Of a stretch of DNA of 64,000 nt, positions 1 through 9,825 are shown piece after piece. Both the position numbers and the translations under genes were made by a program. Source of the stretch: Candidatus Krumholzibacteriota bacterium (lineage in GTDB: Bacteria > Krumholzibacteriota > Krumholzibacteriia > JAJRXK01). The stretch lies in contig CAVSGG010000005.1 of assembly GCA_963727455.1 (NCBI GenBank), forward strand, positions 256,001-320,000. Reading direction: 5' to 3'. The notes under the pieces are model-generated. The model was not told the DNA's origin and did not search any database. It saw nothing but the letters and a program-made list of their open reading frames with translations. Numbering within the stretch: the stretch's first letter is position 1; the number at the start of each line of letters is the position of its first letter.

Positions 1-153
1 ATTCGCCTGGTGGATCTCCCCCTGGGAGAAGTGAGAGGGGGGCTCATGGATCTCGTCTTCGGACTGACGGTCGATGCCGCCCTGCAGCGTGGCCTCGAAT
101 CGATCGATGCGAGGGCTCGATTCAGCCCCGAGCTGGTGCATTCTCCGGCCTGA
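1..153 (+). CDS. 3' end of a CDS entering the window (unknown product)
   Basis: Frame 1 is open from base 1 (IRLVDLPLGEVRGGLMDLVFG...VHSPA) to TGA at 151-153. Not in the ORF track because it has no start. Confidence 0.5.
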   Translation: MRLVDLPLGEVRGGLMDLVFGLTVDAALQRGLESIDARARFSPELVHSPA

Positions 154-237
154 AAACTTGGTGGGAACTCGCGAGGGACCCCGGCGTAGAAGAATTACTG
201 CACTGGCGCGAGAGTCAGGTTCTTCATGCACTAGAAG

Positions 238-274
238 CGGCCCCCGCTCACCTCCCGGGGGCCGTTTCGTTTCT
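238..274 (+). terminator. Putative intrinsic terminator
   Basis: 9-bp GC stem cggcccccg/cgggggccg (238-264) followed by tttcgtttct. Confidence 0.4.
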
Positions 275-365
275 CGCGAAGAACCTGTCCCGCCTGTATC
301 CTTCACATGCCCCGGGAAGCCCAGCTCGTCGATCTTCGGGCTCCTTTGGACTGGAAAGGATCTCG

Positions 366-1310
366 ATGGACATGCGACGCGTTTTCCCCGTCCTCCTGAT
401 ACTCCTCGGCCTCGTTTCTCCTGTGCAAAAGGCCCGCGCGGACACCGTGGCGGCCCAGGACGACAGTGCCACCACTCGCTTCGTTTTTGCCCCCAAGGAC
501 GGAGAGAGCTGGATCGAGGAGCTCGTGGATATCCGAACCACCGACCCCGGAGGCGATGCTCCGGTGCAAACCGAACAGACCACGGAATCGGATACTTTGC
601 TGTTTGAGAAGCAAGGGGATGGGTGGCGGATCACTCGGGTCATGGGTGCGGCCAGCTCCACGATCAACGACCATCCCTTCGACAACCCCATCCTGAAATT
701 GTCGCGTGGAACACGGATCGAACTGGATTGCAACGCCGAAGGCGTGGCGCAAACGGTCAAGGGCTACCGCCGTCTCATGCGGAAGCTCGAGCGAGCTCTG
801 AGTCCCGAGGTTTGGGGGAAGTACCAGAATGCCTTCTCGCTAGAAGGGGCGAGTAGAAACGAGATGCGCCGCTGGAACCTGCGACGCGGAGGACTGATCG
901 GGAGCGAAGTGAAGGATGGTGAAGTCTGGAATATCCAGAGCCTCTTTCCCACGTCCATGGGGTTCTTGGAAGTACGGGGAACCTTGCGCTTCGGCGGAAG
1001 CATCGACTACGAAGGTCACAGCGGCTACAAGATCTTCTTGGACTACGCGACCGGCTCCGAGGTACCTACCAGCAAAGACGCGACACGCGAGCTCGACCTG
1101 AGACCGGACGAGTACACTGCGACCAACTCCGATAAATCAGGACTGAGCGGATCGACGATACGCGTCCTCGAACCCCTCACGGGACACTTGCTCTACGAGA
1201 CCACGAAGGTGAGTTGGAAGGAGCCTGAAATGCGGGGTTCGGGGAAGATGGTAGACAAACAGCTGCAGATGACCTATCGCCTCCATCCCATCTCTGGGAG
1301 TGAGCAGTGA
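366..1310 (+). CDS. Secreted hypothetical protein
   Basis: Signal peptide MRRVFPVLLILLGLVSPVQKARA. Stop overlaps the next start (GTGA). No family recognised. Confidence 0.75.
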   Translation: MDMRRVFPVLLILLGLVSPVQKARADTVAAQDDSATTRFVFAPKDGESWIEELVDIRTTDPGGDAPVQTEQTTESDTLLFEKQGDGWRITRVMGAASSTINDHPFDNPILKLSRGTRIELDCNAEGVAQTVKGYRRLMRKLERALSPEVWGKYQNAFSLEGASRNEMRRWNLRRGGLIGSEVKDGEVWNIQSLFPTSMGFLEVRGTLRFGGSIDYEGHSGYKIFLDYATGSEVPTSKDATRELDLRPDEYTATNSDKSGLSGSTIRVLEPLTGHLLYETTKVSWKEPEMRGSGKMVDKQLQMTYRLHPISGSEQ

Positions 1311-2725
1311 GGAATCGCGGGTCCGGTTCGAGCTCGGAGGGAACCCCGCGCGATCCGTCCGCACCGCGCCCAGGTGACGAGTCTCTTTCTCTCTGCATGG
1401 CCCAACGCGACAACATGCGCGCGATCTTCGACAGCGTTGCCGATGGCATCTTCACCATCGACACCGAGCTGCAAGTCACGAACGCCAATGAGTCCTTCAA
1501 AGAGATGGTGCGCTGCCCGGCGGAGCTACGACCCTCCTGCGCCATCGCCGAGCTCTTTCGGGCCAAAGGCGGTGCGATCGAGCAACTCCTCGGACGGACC
1601 CTCAAGGGCGAGAGAGCGCGCCAGGAAGACGTGGAGATTCATCCCGTCACCGGGGGCACGCTCGTGGCGACGATGCAGGCGGCACCTCTTCTCGATGCCG
1701 AGGGGCAGGTAGGTGGCGCCGTGGTGGTCCTGCACGACGTGACGCGGATGCGTTCGTTGGAAGACGAGCTACGACTGGCTTCAGGGCCAGAGGGTCTCGT
1801 GGGCCGCAATGTACGTATGCTGGAGATCTACCGGCTGATCGATCAACTCGCCGACAACGATGTGAGCGTCCTCATCACCGGTGAGAGCGGGACGGGAAAG
1901 GAGGTCGTCGCCTCGGCCATTCACGCCCGCAGCCATCGCAGAGAACGCCCCTTCGTAAGGGTGAATTGCGCGGCGCTCAGCGAAACATTGCTCGAGAGCG
2001 AACTCTTCGGTCATGTGCGTGGGGCCTTCACTGGCGCGATCCGAGATCGTAAGGGACGCTTCGAGGCCGCCCATCGGGGCACCATCTTTCTGGATGAAGT
2101 GGGGGCGGTGAGTCACGAAGTTCAGAAGCGGCTCCTCCGCGTGCTCCAAGAGCGCCAATTCGAACGTGTTGGAGAGGAGCGCACGCAGGAAGTAGACGTT
2201 CGCGTGATCGCGGCCACCAACGCCGATCTCAAGCAGATGGTAAACGAGGGCAGCTTCCGCGAGGATCTCTACTACCGACTGAACGTGGTCCACCTCCACG
2301 TCCCCGCCTTACGGGAGCGGCGCGAGGACATCCCAGCCCTGACGGAACATCTTTTGCGGCGGCACGCGAAGGCCATGGGCCGGGGCCGCATGAGTTTCGA
2401 TTCCGAGGCGCTCTCGCTCCTCATGGCCTATCCGTGGGAGGGGAACGTGCGGCAGCTGGAAAACGCCGTGCAGAGAGCTCTGGTCGTGTCCAAGGGGCGC
2501 GTCATTCGTCCCCAGCATCTTCCCCCCGAGATTCTCCGGCAAACCGGCGGAACCCACCCCGGCGGGAGCACACCCGATCCCAATACGCTCTCGGCCAGCC
2601 AGGCCGAACTTCTGCGCGTTCTGGAAGAGGCTGACGGCAAGTTGGGGCGAGCGGCAGAGAGGCTGGGGATCCACCGCACCACTCTCTGGCGCCGCCTCAA
2701 GCGCCACGGCCTTCACCTGCGCTGA
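1307..2725 (+). CDS. PAS-domain sigma54-dependent transcriptional activator (bEBP, Fis-type HTH)
   Basis: N-terminal PAS (IFDSVADGIFTID), Walker A GESGTGKE, ESELFGH-GAFTGA, Walker B FLDEV, WEGNVRQLEN, C-terminal HTH (AAERLGIHRTTLWRRL). No receiver domain. Confidence 0.95.
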   Translation: MRNRGSGSSSEGTPRDPSAPRPGDESLSLCMAQRDNMRAIFDSVADGIFTIDTELQVTNANESFKEMVRCPAELRPSCAIAELFRAKGGAIEQLLGRTLKGERARQEDVEIHPVTGGTLVATMQAAPLLDAEGQVGGAVVVLHDVTRMRSLEDELRLASGPEGLVGRNVRMLEIYRLIDQLADNDVSVLITGESGTGKEVVASAIHARSHRRERPFVRVNCAALSETLLESELFGHVRGAFTGAIRDRKGRFEAAHRGTIFLDEVGAVSHEVQKRLLRVLQERQFERVGEERTQEVDVRVIAATNADLKQMVNEGSFREDLYYRLNVVHLHVPALRERREDIPALTEHLLRRHAKAMGRGRMSFDSEALSLLMAYPWEGNVRQLENAVQRALVVSKGRVIRPQHLPPEILRQTGGTHPGGSTPDPNTLSASQAELLRVLEEADGKLGRAAERLGIHRTTLWRRLKRHGLHLR

Positions 2726-2734
2726 ATTCCAGGC

Positions 2735-2786
2735 GTTGCACGAGTGCAACAATGTTGCATATATGTTGCGCAACATAGCGCAACAT
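2735..2786. promoter_or_regulatory. Cluster of GTTGC/GCAAC inverted repeats, putative bEBP enhancer (UAS)
   Basis: GTTGCA-cgag-TGCAAC at 2735-2750. Perfect palindrome TATGTTGCGCAACATA at 2762-2777. Outer pair ATGTTGC (2752) and GCAACAT (2780). Lies about 110-160 bp upstream of a -24/-12 site. Confidence 0.65.
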
Positions 2787-2889
2787 TCTGACTCCGACAA
2801 ACCCCTGCCTCCTTCGGAGCTTACGCTCTAAGTGTATTGTCCTCAGTTGATTAAACGGTGATTGATTTTTTGTGGCGCAAGGACCATGT

Positions 2890-2906
2890 TCGGTACGCAC
2901 ATTGCG
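2890..2906 (+). promoter_or_regulatory. sigma54 (-24/-12) promoter of the MMPL operon
   Basis: tCGGTACGcacaTTGCg with GG at 2892-93, N10, GC at 2904-05. An AT-rich spacer (about 2825-2872) lies between it and the UAS. Confidence 0.75.
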
Positions 2907-2938
2907 CTAGGCAAGCGAACTCTCAGAAAGGACCGGAA

Positions 2939-5900
2939 GTGAAAAATCCTCTGACTGAATTCGCGATCGCTCATCCCAAGTGGGTGGTGACGCTCAGCAT
3001 CCTGATCACTCTGGGTTTCCTGGTGCAGTTCCCGCGCATCAAGATCGACACCGACCCGGAGAACATGCTGCCTGCGAACGAGCCGACGCGCGTGTTCCAT
3101 CACGAGCTCAAGGACACTTTCAATCTGAACGATTTCCTGGTCTTGGGTATCGTGCGCGATGCGGGGATGTTTCATCCTGAGCCTCTGGCCCGTGTCGCCG
3201 CTATCACATCGGAGATCCTGGACCTGGACGGGGTGGTGGCCGATGACGTGATGGCTCCCACCGAGGTTGACGACATCACGATCGAGGAGGGGGGAATCCT
3301 ACGGGTGGCCCCCTTGATGGAAGAACCCCCGCGGGACGAGGCGGGCGCGCAACGCATCCTCTCGCGCATCAAGGCCAGTGCGATTCTGCGCGGCAAGCTT
3401 GCGAGTGATGACGGCACCACTATTGCGCTCTTCATCCCCATCGAGGACAAGAACCAGTCCTACGAAATCGGTCGTGAGATAAGCGAGATCGTGAAGCGTC
3501 ATCAGGGCGATGAGAAGTACTACCTGGCGGGTTTGCCCATGGCAGAAGACACCTTCGGCTCCGCCATGTTCAAGCAGATGGCCGTCTCCGCTCCGCTCGC
3601 CATGGTGATCCTCTTCCTTCTCATGCTCTATTTCTTCCGCAACGTGCGGATGGTGCTCACTGCGATGGCACTCGCCATGATGTCGGTGATCTGGGGGATG
3701 GGGGCTCTGATTGGTAGCGGGAATCCTGTGCATATCATGAGTTCGATGATCCCGATCTTTCTCATTCCCATCGCAATTCTGCCCTCGATACACATTCTCA
3801 CCGAGATGATCGACCACCGGGCGCGAGCTGAAACGGTGGGCGATGCGGTACGCTCGGCCATGGGGCATCTCTTCAAGCCGGTCCTCTTCACGACGATCAC
3901 CACAGTGGTGGGTTTCGCGAGCCTCATCATGACGCCGATTCCCCCGGTTCAGGTTTTCGGGGCCTTCGTCGCCTTCGGAATCGCGGGCGCCTGGCTCCTC
4001 TCCATGACCTTCTTGCCCGCGATGGTGATGCTGGAGACCCACCGGGGAACCGAAGCGGTGCCTGAACACGACGCGGAATACGGGGCTCTGGCGCATTCCC
4101 TGCAGAAGGTGCGCGCGTTGGCGATCCGGGGCCGCTGGGCCATCACCATCACCTCGGTGCTCATCTTCGCACTTTCCATCTACGGCCTGACCAAGGTTCA
4201 GGTGAACGACAATCCAGTGCGCTGGTTTAAGGCGGGACATCCGCTGCGGGTGGCCGACCAGGTCATGAACAAACACCTGGCGGGCACCTATCTGGGGTAC
4301 GTGGAATTGAAGTCGGACGAGGATGACCGGATGAAGGATCCGGCGGTCATGAATTGGATCGAGGGCTTTCAGCACCATCTCGATCAGCACGAGAACGTGG
4401 GAGCGACCACCTCGGTTGCCGACGTGGTGAAGAAGGTGAACTTCGAGTTGGCCTTTGAGGACTCTTCCAAGCTGGTCATTCCCGACGATCAGAACGCCAT
4501 TGCGCAGTCGCTCTTTCTCTACGAAATGAGCGGCGGAAGTCCGGACGACCTCTACCACTTCATCACCCCCACCGCCAACGCGGCCAACATCTGGGTTCAG
4601 ATGCGAGCGGGTGAGAATTCGGAAGTCTCCTCCGTGGTGGACTATGCGGATGAGTACGTCGCGAGTCATCCGATCCCCGAAGGAATCAAGATGGGCTGGG
4701 GAGGACTTGCCTACGTGAACATCGTCTGGCAGGAGAAGATGGTCGCCGGCATGGCCAAGGCACTGTTTGGCTCCTTCGTGGTCGTGTTCTTCATGATGAC
4801 TTTCCTCTTCCGCTCATTTGTCTGGGGAGTCGTTTCCATGCTTCCCCTCACCGGCACCATCGCGCTGATCTACGGAATGCTGGGTTTCACCGGCAAGTAC
4901 TACGACATGCCGGTTGCCGTGCTTTCTTCGCTCACTCTCGGGCTCTCGATCGACTTCGCGATTCACTTCATCCAGCGAAGCCGGGAGATCCACAAGACCA
5001 CCCAAGACTACCAGGAGACGATGAGAATGACTTTCGATTCGACCGGACGGGCCATTTTCAGGAACGTCATGGTGCTTGCCATCGGGTTCGTTCCCATGTT
5101 CTTTGCCTCTCTCACACCGTACTTCACCGTCGGGCTGTTCTTCTTTCTCATCATGACGATCAGCGGCGCGGTCACGATGTTGCTGCTGCCGGCTATCACG
5201 GCGCTGCGTCCCCAGACCTTCTATCCCATCAAGGCGACCGAGGGCACCCGCGGGTTGGCAATGCTCGCAGTGGGTTTGACCACGCTGGTCACCGCGGCGG
5301 TGGTGGGTGTCCCGAGCGCGCGCGCGCAAGAGACCGGCGCGAGCAAAATCATGGAGAAGAGTCACCTCGCCTACTACTACGCAGGCGATGACGGTAGGAG
5401 CCAGGTCAAGATGACGCTGGTCGACCGGAAGGGGAAGGAGCGTCTCCGCGAGTTCACAATGTTGCGGCTCGACGTGAAGGAGGGCGGCGAGCAGCGCTAC
5501 TACACCTACTTCACGAAGCCGGCCGATGTGCGCCGCACGACTTTCATGGTGATCAAGCACGTACCGGGTGACGATGACCGCTGGATCTACATTCCTGCGC
5601 TAGACCTGGTGCGCCGTCTTTCTGCAAACGACAAGAACTCCTCTTTCGTGGGAAGTGATTTTACCTACGAGGACGTCTCCGGCCGGCACTGGACGGACGA
5701 CAACCACACCCTCGTGCGTGAGGACGAGCTCGATGGGCACAAGGTGTGGGTGATCGACAGCACTCCCAAAGACGACTCCAATTGGGCCAAGAAGACTTCC
5801 TACATCGATCAGGCCACTTACCTTCCCCTCAAGGAAGAGTATTACGATGACAAAGGTGTTGCGATCCGCGAGTTCACGGCAGACAAAATCGAGGAGATTC

Positions 5901-6058
5901 AGGGAATTCCAACCATCACGGTGAGGACTATGAAGAACCTGGAGAAGAACCAGCACACCACGGTGGAGTTCATGAAGATCGAGTACAACATCGGCATCCC
6001 GGAAGACATTTTCCAGGAACGCTATTTGAAGAACCCTCCGCGCGAGTACCTCGACTGA
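2939..6058 (+). CDS. MMPL/RND-family transporter fused to a C-terminal LolA-like outer-membrane lipoprotein-sorting domain
   Basis: Two MMPL repeats (IDTDPENMLP; LGLSIDFAIH), then a LolA-like domain (FTKPADVRRT, WIYIPAL, SFVGSDFTYED). The likely start is GTG 2939, downstream of the promoter, not 2858. Confidence 0.9.
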   Translation: MKNPLTEFAIAHPKWVVTLSILITLGFLVQFPRIKIDTDPENMLPANEPTRVFHHELKDTFNLNDFLVLGIVRDAGMFHPEPLARVAAITSEILDLDGVVADDVMAPTEVDDITIEEGGILRVAPLMEEPPRDEAGAQRILSRIKASAILRGKLASDDGTTIALFIPIEDKNQSYEIGREISEIVKRHQGDEKYYLAGLPMAEDTFGSAMFKQMAVSAPLAMVILFLLMLYFFRNVRMVLTAMALAMMSVIWGMGALIGSGNPVHIMSSMIPIFLIPIAILPSIHILTEMIDHRARAETVGDAVRSAMGHLFKPVLFTTITTVVGFASLIMTPIPPVQVFGAFVAFGIAGAWLLSMTFLPAMVMLETHRGTEAVPEHDAEYGALAHSLQKVRALAIRGRWAITITSVLIFALSIYGLTKVQVNDNPVRWFKAGHPLRVADQVMNKHLAGTYLGYVELKSDEDDRMKDPAVMNWIEGFQHHLDQHENVGATTSVADVVKKVNFELAFEDSSKLVIPDDQNAIAQSLFLYEMSGGSPDDLYHFITPTANAANIWVQMRAGENSEVSSVVDYADEYVASHPIPEGIKMGWGGLAYVNIVWQEKMVAGMAKALFGSFVVVFFMMTFLFRSFVWGVVSMLPLTGTIALIYGMLGFTGKYYDMPVAVLSSLTLGLSIDFAIHFIQRSREIHKTTQDYQETMRMTFDSTGRAIFRNVMVLAIGFVPMFFASLTPYFTVGLFFFLIMTISGAVTMLLLPAITALRPQTFYPIKATEGTRGLAMLAVGLTTLVTAAVVGVPSARAQETGASKIMEKSHLAYYYAGDDGRSQVKMTLVDRKGKERLREFTMLRLDVKEGGEQRYYTYFTKPADVRRTTFMVIKHVPGDDDRWIYIPALDLVRRLSANDKNSSFVGSDFTYEDVSGRHWTDDNHTLVREDELDGHKVWVIDSTPKDDSNWAKKTSYIDQATYLPLKEEYYDDKGVAIREFTADKIEEIQGIPTITVRTMKNLEKNQHTTVEFMKIEYNIGIPEDIFQERYLKNPPREYLD

Positions 6059-6092
6059 GGTCGAATAGAAATTTCAACGAGGAAGAAGAGCC

Positions 6093-7343
6093 ATGTTCCC
6101 CAAGATGAAGTTGTTTTTGAGTGTGATCGTGATTGGGGCTCTGTCCGTCTCAGCCGGGCAGGCACGGGCGCAGGAGCTCCACGGTTTCGTGGAGGGCCTG
6201 GCCGGCGCTCGCAGCGCGGATGGCCCCGGCGTGGAGGCGGGTGATTACACGGCCGAGGAAACTCGAGTACAGCTGCGCGTCAGCGACTACGGTGATGACG
6301 CCGAGTACTTCGCTCGATTGGATTACCGCTTCGATCAACTCACCGAGAGGAACTCCGATCTCGAGCTCCGTGAGGCCTACATGGTCTACACGGGATGGGG
6401 GAAGCTCGATTTCAAGATCGGACGGCAAATCCTGACCTGGGGCACTGGAGATCTTCTCTTCATCAACGACGTCTTCGCGAAAGACTGGGAGAGCTTCTTC
6501 ATTGGACGCGAGGACCAATACCTCAAGGCCCCGCACGACGCGCTCCGGATGGGATTCTACCCTTCGGTGGCGAATCTGAATCTCGTGCTCATCCCCAAGT
6601 TCGAAGCGGATCGTTTGCCCATGCCCCCGCGGCTTTCGGTGTACGATCCCTTCGGAGGCCTGAAGCAGAGGATCGAAATGCCCGCTGACGAGATCGGCAA
6701 CGGGGAGATCGCACTCCGTGCCTCGCGAACCGTTTCGGGCTGGGATTTTGCCCTCTACGGCCACTGGGGACGCTTCCGGCAGCCCGTGGGCATAGCAAGT
6801 ATGGATAGCGCGAGCGTGACCCTCTTCTATCCGCGGTTCAACACCTACGGGGCCAGCGCGCGCAGCAACCTGCTGGGCGGAGTCGTGAACGTAGAAGGCG
6901 GATATCTCGACAGCGTCGACGACTCCGATGGTTCGAATCCACTGGTGGAGAACTCGTCGATTCGCTGGATGGCCGGTTACGATCGTCAGCTTGCCAGTGA
7001 CATGCAGCTAGGCCTGCAAGCCTACTACGAGTTTATGCTGGATCATGGACGCTATGTGGAAGGGCTTGCGCCGGGTCAACCGGTGAGGGACGAGTTGCGC
7101 CAGCTCTACACCCTGCGTCTGACCAAGATGTACCAATATCAAACTCTCATCTTCTCCTTCTTTGGCTACTGGTCACCCACCGACGAGGACTATTATCTTC
7201 GTGCCAGTGGTACCAAGAAACTCACCGACGCGTTGGCGCTTTCTCTGGGAGCCAACGTATTCGGTGGAAAGAACGATTGGACTCTGTTCGGATCGCAGGA
7301 GTACAACGACAATGTATACCTGCGGGCTCGCTATTCGTTCTGA
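6093..7343 (+). CDS. Outer-membrane beta-barrel protein (DUF1302-like)
   Basis: Signal peptide, LREAY and KIGRQILTWG motifs, C-terminal YSF barrel signal. Typical partner of MMPL/LolA-like genes. Confidence 0.8.
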   Translation: MFPKMKLFLSVIVIGALSVSAGQARAQELHGFVEGLAGARSADGPGVEAGDYTAEETRVQLRVSDYGDDAEYFARLDYRFDQLTERNSDLELREAYMVYTGWGKLDFKIGRQILTWGTGDLLFINDVFAKDWESFFIGREDQYLKAPHDALRMGFYPSVANLNLVLIPKFEADRLPMPPRLSVYDPFGGLKQRIEMPADEIGNGEIALRASRTVSGWDFALYGHWGRFRQPVGIASMDSASVTLFYPRFNTYGASARSNLLGGVVNVEGGYLDSVDDSDGSNPLVENSSIRWMAGYDRQLASDMQLGLQAYYEFMLDHGRYVEGLAPGQPVRDELRQLYTLRLTKMYQYQTLIFSFFGYWSPTDEDYYLRASGTKKLTDALALSLGANVFGGKNDWTLFGSQEYNDNVYLRARYSF

Positions 7344-7361
7344 TCCCCGGGAGTAAAAGCA

Positions 7362-7580
7362 ATGAATGATCACGACATGAGAATCCAGAATCTTATCCGT
7401 CGCTTTGCCGGCAGTTTCGTGCTCGTGAGCCTGGCGCTGGGGTATTGGGTTCATCCTGCCTGGTTTCTCTTCACCGCGTTCGTGGGTGTCAATCTGATTC
7501 AGAGCAGCTTCACCAAGTGGTGCCTGCTGGAGAAAATTCTCTACCGCGTGCTCCCGCCGAGCAGGGCCAACGCCAGCTAG
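7362..7580 (+). CDS. YgaP-like/DUF2892 small membrane protein
   Basis: R..AG...L...LG..VHP.W..F..FVG.NL.QS..T.WC..E pattern. Confidence 0.85.
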   Translation: MNDHDMRIQNLIRRFAGSFVLVSLALGYWVHPAWFLFTAFVGVNLIQSSFTKWCLLEKILYRVLPPSRANAS

Positions 7581-7602
7581 AGAGGCGTGCCCGATGGATG
7601 AA

Positions 7603-7627
7603 ACCCTGCGCGTCCGACGCGCAGGGT
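7603..7627. terminator. Strong hairpin after the MMPL operon
   Basis: 11-bp stem accctgcgcgt/acgcgcagggt. No clear U-tract. Confidence 0.35.
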
Positions 7628-7692
7628 ATGCTTGCCACCGGCGGAGGGGGCCGCTAGGCTGAGGTCTCAAGACTTCAACCCAGAGGTGACTC

Positions 7693-9825
7693 GTGCGCGC
7701 TTCACTTTGGCTTGTGACATGCTGCTGCTGTTTGCTCGCGTTCTCCTCCCGTTCACTGGCGCGGGCCGGGGATTTTCGAATCCACCATCACGATCTGGAT
7801 GCAAAACTTACGATCGAGACTCACGGGCTCGATGTCTCCGACCGCGTGACGGTAGAGCGAAGTGGGGAGACCTCGGCTCCCTTGCACTTTCTGCTCAATC
7901 GCGGTCTGAGCCTGAGCCGCGTCCGGCTCGACGGCCACGATCTGCAGTGGTCGGTGACGGACGGCTTCCAGCCACGCGACTTCTGGAACCGGCCGCCCTA
8001 TGATCGCCTGGAAGATTACGAGATCGCGCGGGAATGGACCGTGTCAGCGCCGGCGGGGGGGTGGCCCTCGCAATTCTCCTTGGAGCTCGCATACTCGGGG
8101 GCCGTGTTCGACAGCCTGCACGCTCCCAAGGTGGCCTACCAACGCTCCTTCGATACCACCACAGGGCTCATTGCCCAGAAGGGAGCTTTCCTCTCCGGTG
8201 CCACGCAATGGCTGCCCTGGTGCGGCGAGGGCACTTTCAGCTACGACTTGCTTACGAACACGCCCGACGGCTGGGAGAGCGTCAGCCAGGGCCGGCGAGT
8301 GGAACGGCGGGTCGATGCGGAGGGCAGAGTGAGCACCAAGTGGGTCGAAGAGCATCCCATGACGGAAGCCTATCTCGTGGCGGGTCCCTATCGAGTGCGG
8401 CAGGCCAAACATGGCGAGGTGAATCTCTTTACCTTCACCTACGAGAACACTCCCGAGTCATTGTGTCAGACCTATCTCGATGCGGCGGGCAAGTATCTCG
8501 ACCTCTACGATCAGATGCTGGGAGCTTATCCCTTCGCCAAGTTTGCTCTGGTAGAAAACTGGTGGCAGACCGGATTCGGCATGCCCTCATTCACGCTTCT
8601 GGGAGATCGGGTAATCCGCCTCCCGTTCATCGTGCACACCTCCTACGGCCACGAGATCCTGCACAACTGGTGGGGCAATGGGGTCTTCGTGGATTACGAG
8701 GAGGGAAATTGGTGCGAGGGACTCACCACCTACCTCGCGGACCATCTCTACAAGTCGCAGGAGAGCCCGCAGGCGGCCATCGACTACCGGCGCGCACAAC
8801 TCCAGGCATACCTCGACTACGCGGTTTCGGGAGCCAGAGATTTTGCTCTGCGCGAATTCACCGAGCGTGAGAGCGCCAGCACGCAGGCGGTGGGCTACGG
8901 CAAGACCATGATGGTCTTTCACATGGCACAACTCCGGGCCGGTGACGACGCCTTCTTCGGGGCGCTGCGACGGTTTTATCAGAAGTTTCTGTTCCGGGAG
9001 GCGAGCTGGGACGACCTGGTCGCCTGTTTTGCCCAGGGAAGCCAGTTGGAGTGGCGGAATTGGTTCGAGCAATGGATCGGTCGTCCCGGCGCGCTTCAAC
9101 TCTCCGCGGCGCTGAAGGACAATCCAGGTGCGTCTCCGCAGCTCGTCTTGCGTCAGGAAGAACCGTACTTCGATGTGGAAGTGCCGGTACGCGTGGAGAA
9201 CGCGGAGGGCAGCAGGATGCACTCGGTCCAGTTGAGCGGCGCATCGGCGACGCTGTCCTTGGATCCCACGGCCCGGGTCATCGAGGTCGATCCAGACTGC
9301 GATCTCTTCCGACGCCTGAAGCGCGCGGAAATCCCTCCAGCCCTGAGTCAGACTCTCGGAGCGGAGCAAAGCGTGGTCGTGATCGGAAGCGATACGGACC
9401 CCCGGATGGCACAGGCACTGCGCAGTTTGGCGGAGGATTGGGCCAAGAACCAGGACATGACGGTGGTGAACGAGGACCAGTTCGAGGACGATGCGCAGCG
9501 TAGTGTTTGGCTCCTGGGCAGGGGAGCCCTGGCACGCAAGATCCTCGCAGAGTGGCGCGCCTACGGGGATCAGCCACAAGAGCTCTGGCAAGAGGCGAAG
9601 GGCTCGGGCAAGAGCTTGGTTCTGACTCTGCGCGACCCGCAGGACGAGTCGCGGTCCTGGTCGCTCCTGCTGGCAGCCGATCCCGAACTGGTGGCGGCAG
9701 TTGGGGCGAAGCTGACGCACTACGGACGCTACAGCTATTTGGAGTTCGAAGGGGAGAAGAACGTCAAGAAGGGCAGCTTCACGGTCGAGACCTCGCCGCT
9801 GCGTCTGGTCAGGGAGGCAAGATGA
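7693..9825 (+). CDS. Secreted M1-family aminopeptidase
   Basis: Signal peptide, GFGMP (GAMEN-like), HEILH...NWCEGL zinc motif (HExxH-x18-E), YGK motif. Confidence 0.9.
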   Translation: MRASLWLVTCCCCLLAFSSRSLARAGDFRIHHHDLDAKLTIETHGLDVSDRVTVERSGETSAPLHFLLNRGLSLSRVRLDGHDLQWSVTDGFQPRDFWNRPPYDRLEDYEIAREWTVSAPAGGWPSQFSLELAYSGAVFDSLHAPKVAYQRSFDTTTGLIAQKGAFLSGATQWLPWCGEGTFSYDLLTNTPDGWESVSQGRRVERRVDAEGRVSTKWVEEHPMTEAYLVAGPYRVRQAKHGEVNLFTFTYENTPESLCQTYLDAAGKYLDLYDQMLGAYPFAKFALVENWWQTGFGMPSFTLLGDRVIRLPFIVHTSYGHEILHNWWGNGVFVDYEEGNWCEGLTTYLADHLYKSQESPQAAIDYRRAQLQAYLDYAVSGARDFALREFTERESASTQAVGYGKTMMVFHMAQLRAGDDAFFGALRRFYQKFLFREASWDDLVACFAQGSQLEWRNWFEQWIGRPGALQLSAALKDNPGASPQLVLRQEEPYFDVEVPVRVENAEGSRMHSVQLSGASATLSLDPTARVIEVDPDCDLFRRLKRAEIPPALSQTLGAEQSVVVIGSDTDPRMAQALRSLAEDWAKNQDMTVVNEDQFEDDAQRSVWLLGRGALARKILAEWRAYGDQPQELWQEAKGSGKSLVLTLRDPQDESRSWSLLLAADPELVAAVGAKLTHYGRYSYLEFEGEKNVKKGSFTVETSPLRLVREAR

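Noticed and set aside
2735-2786. Short repeats as a CRISPR remnant or MITE end
   Set aside because: There is no repeat-spacer periodicity, cas gene or target-site duplication. The position fits a bEBP enhancer.
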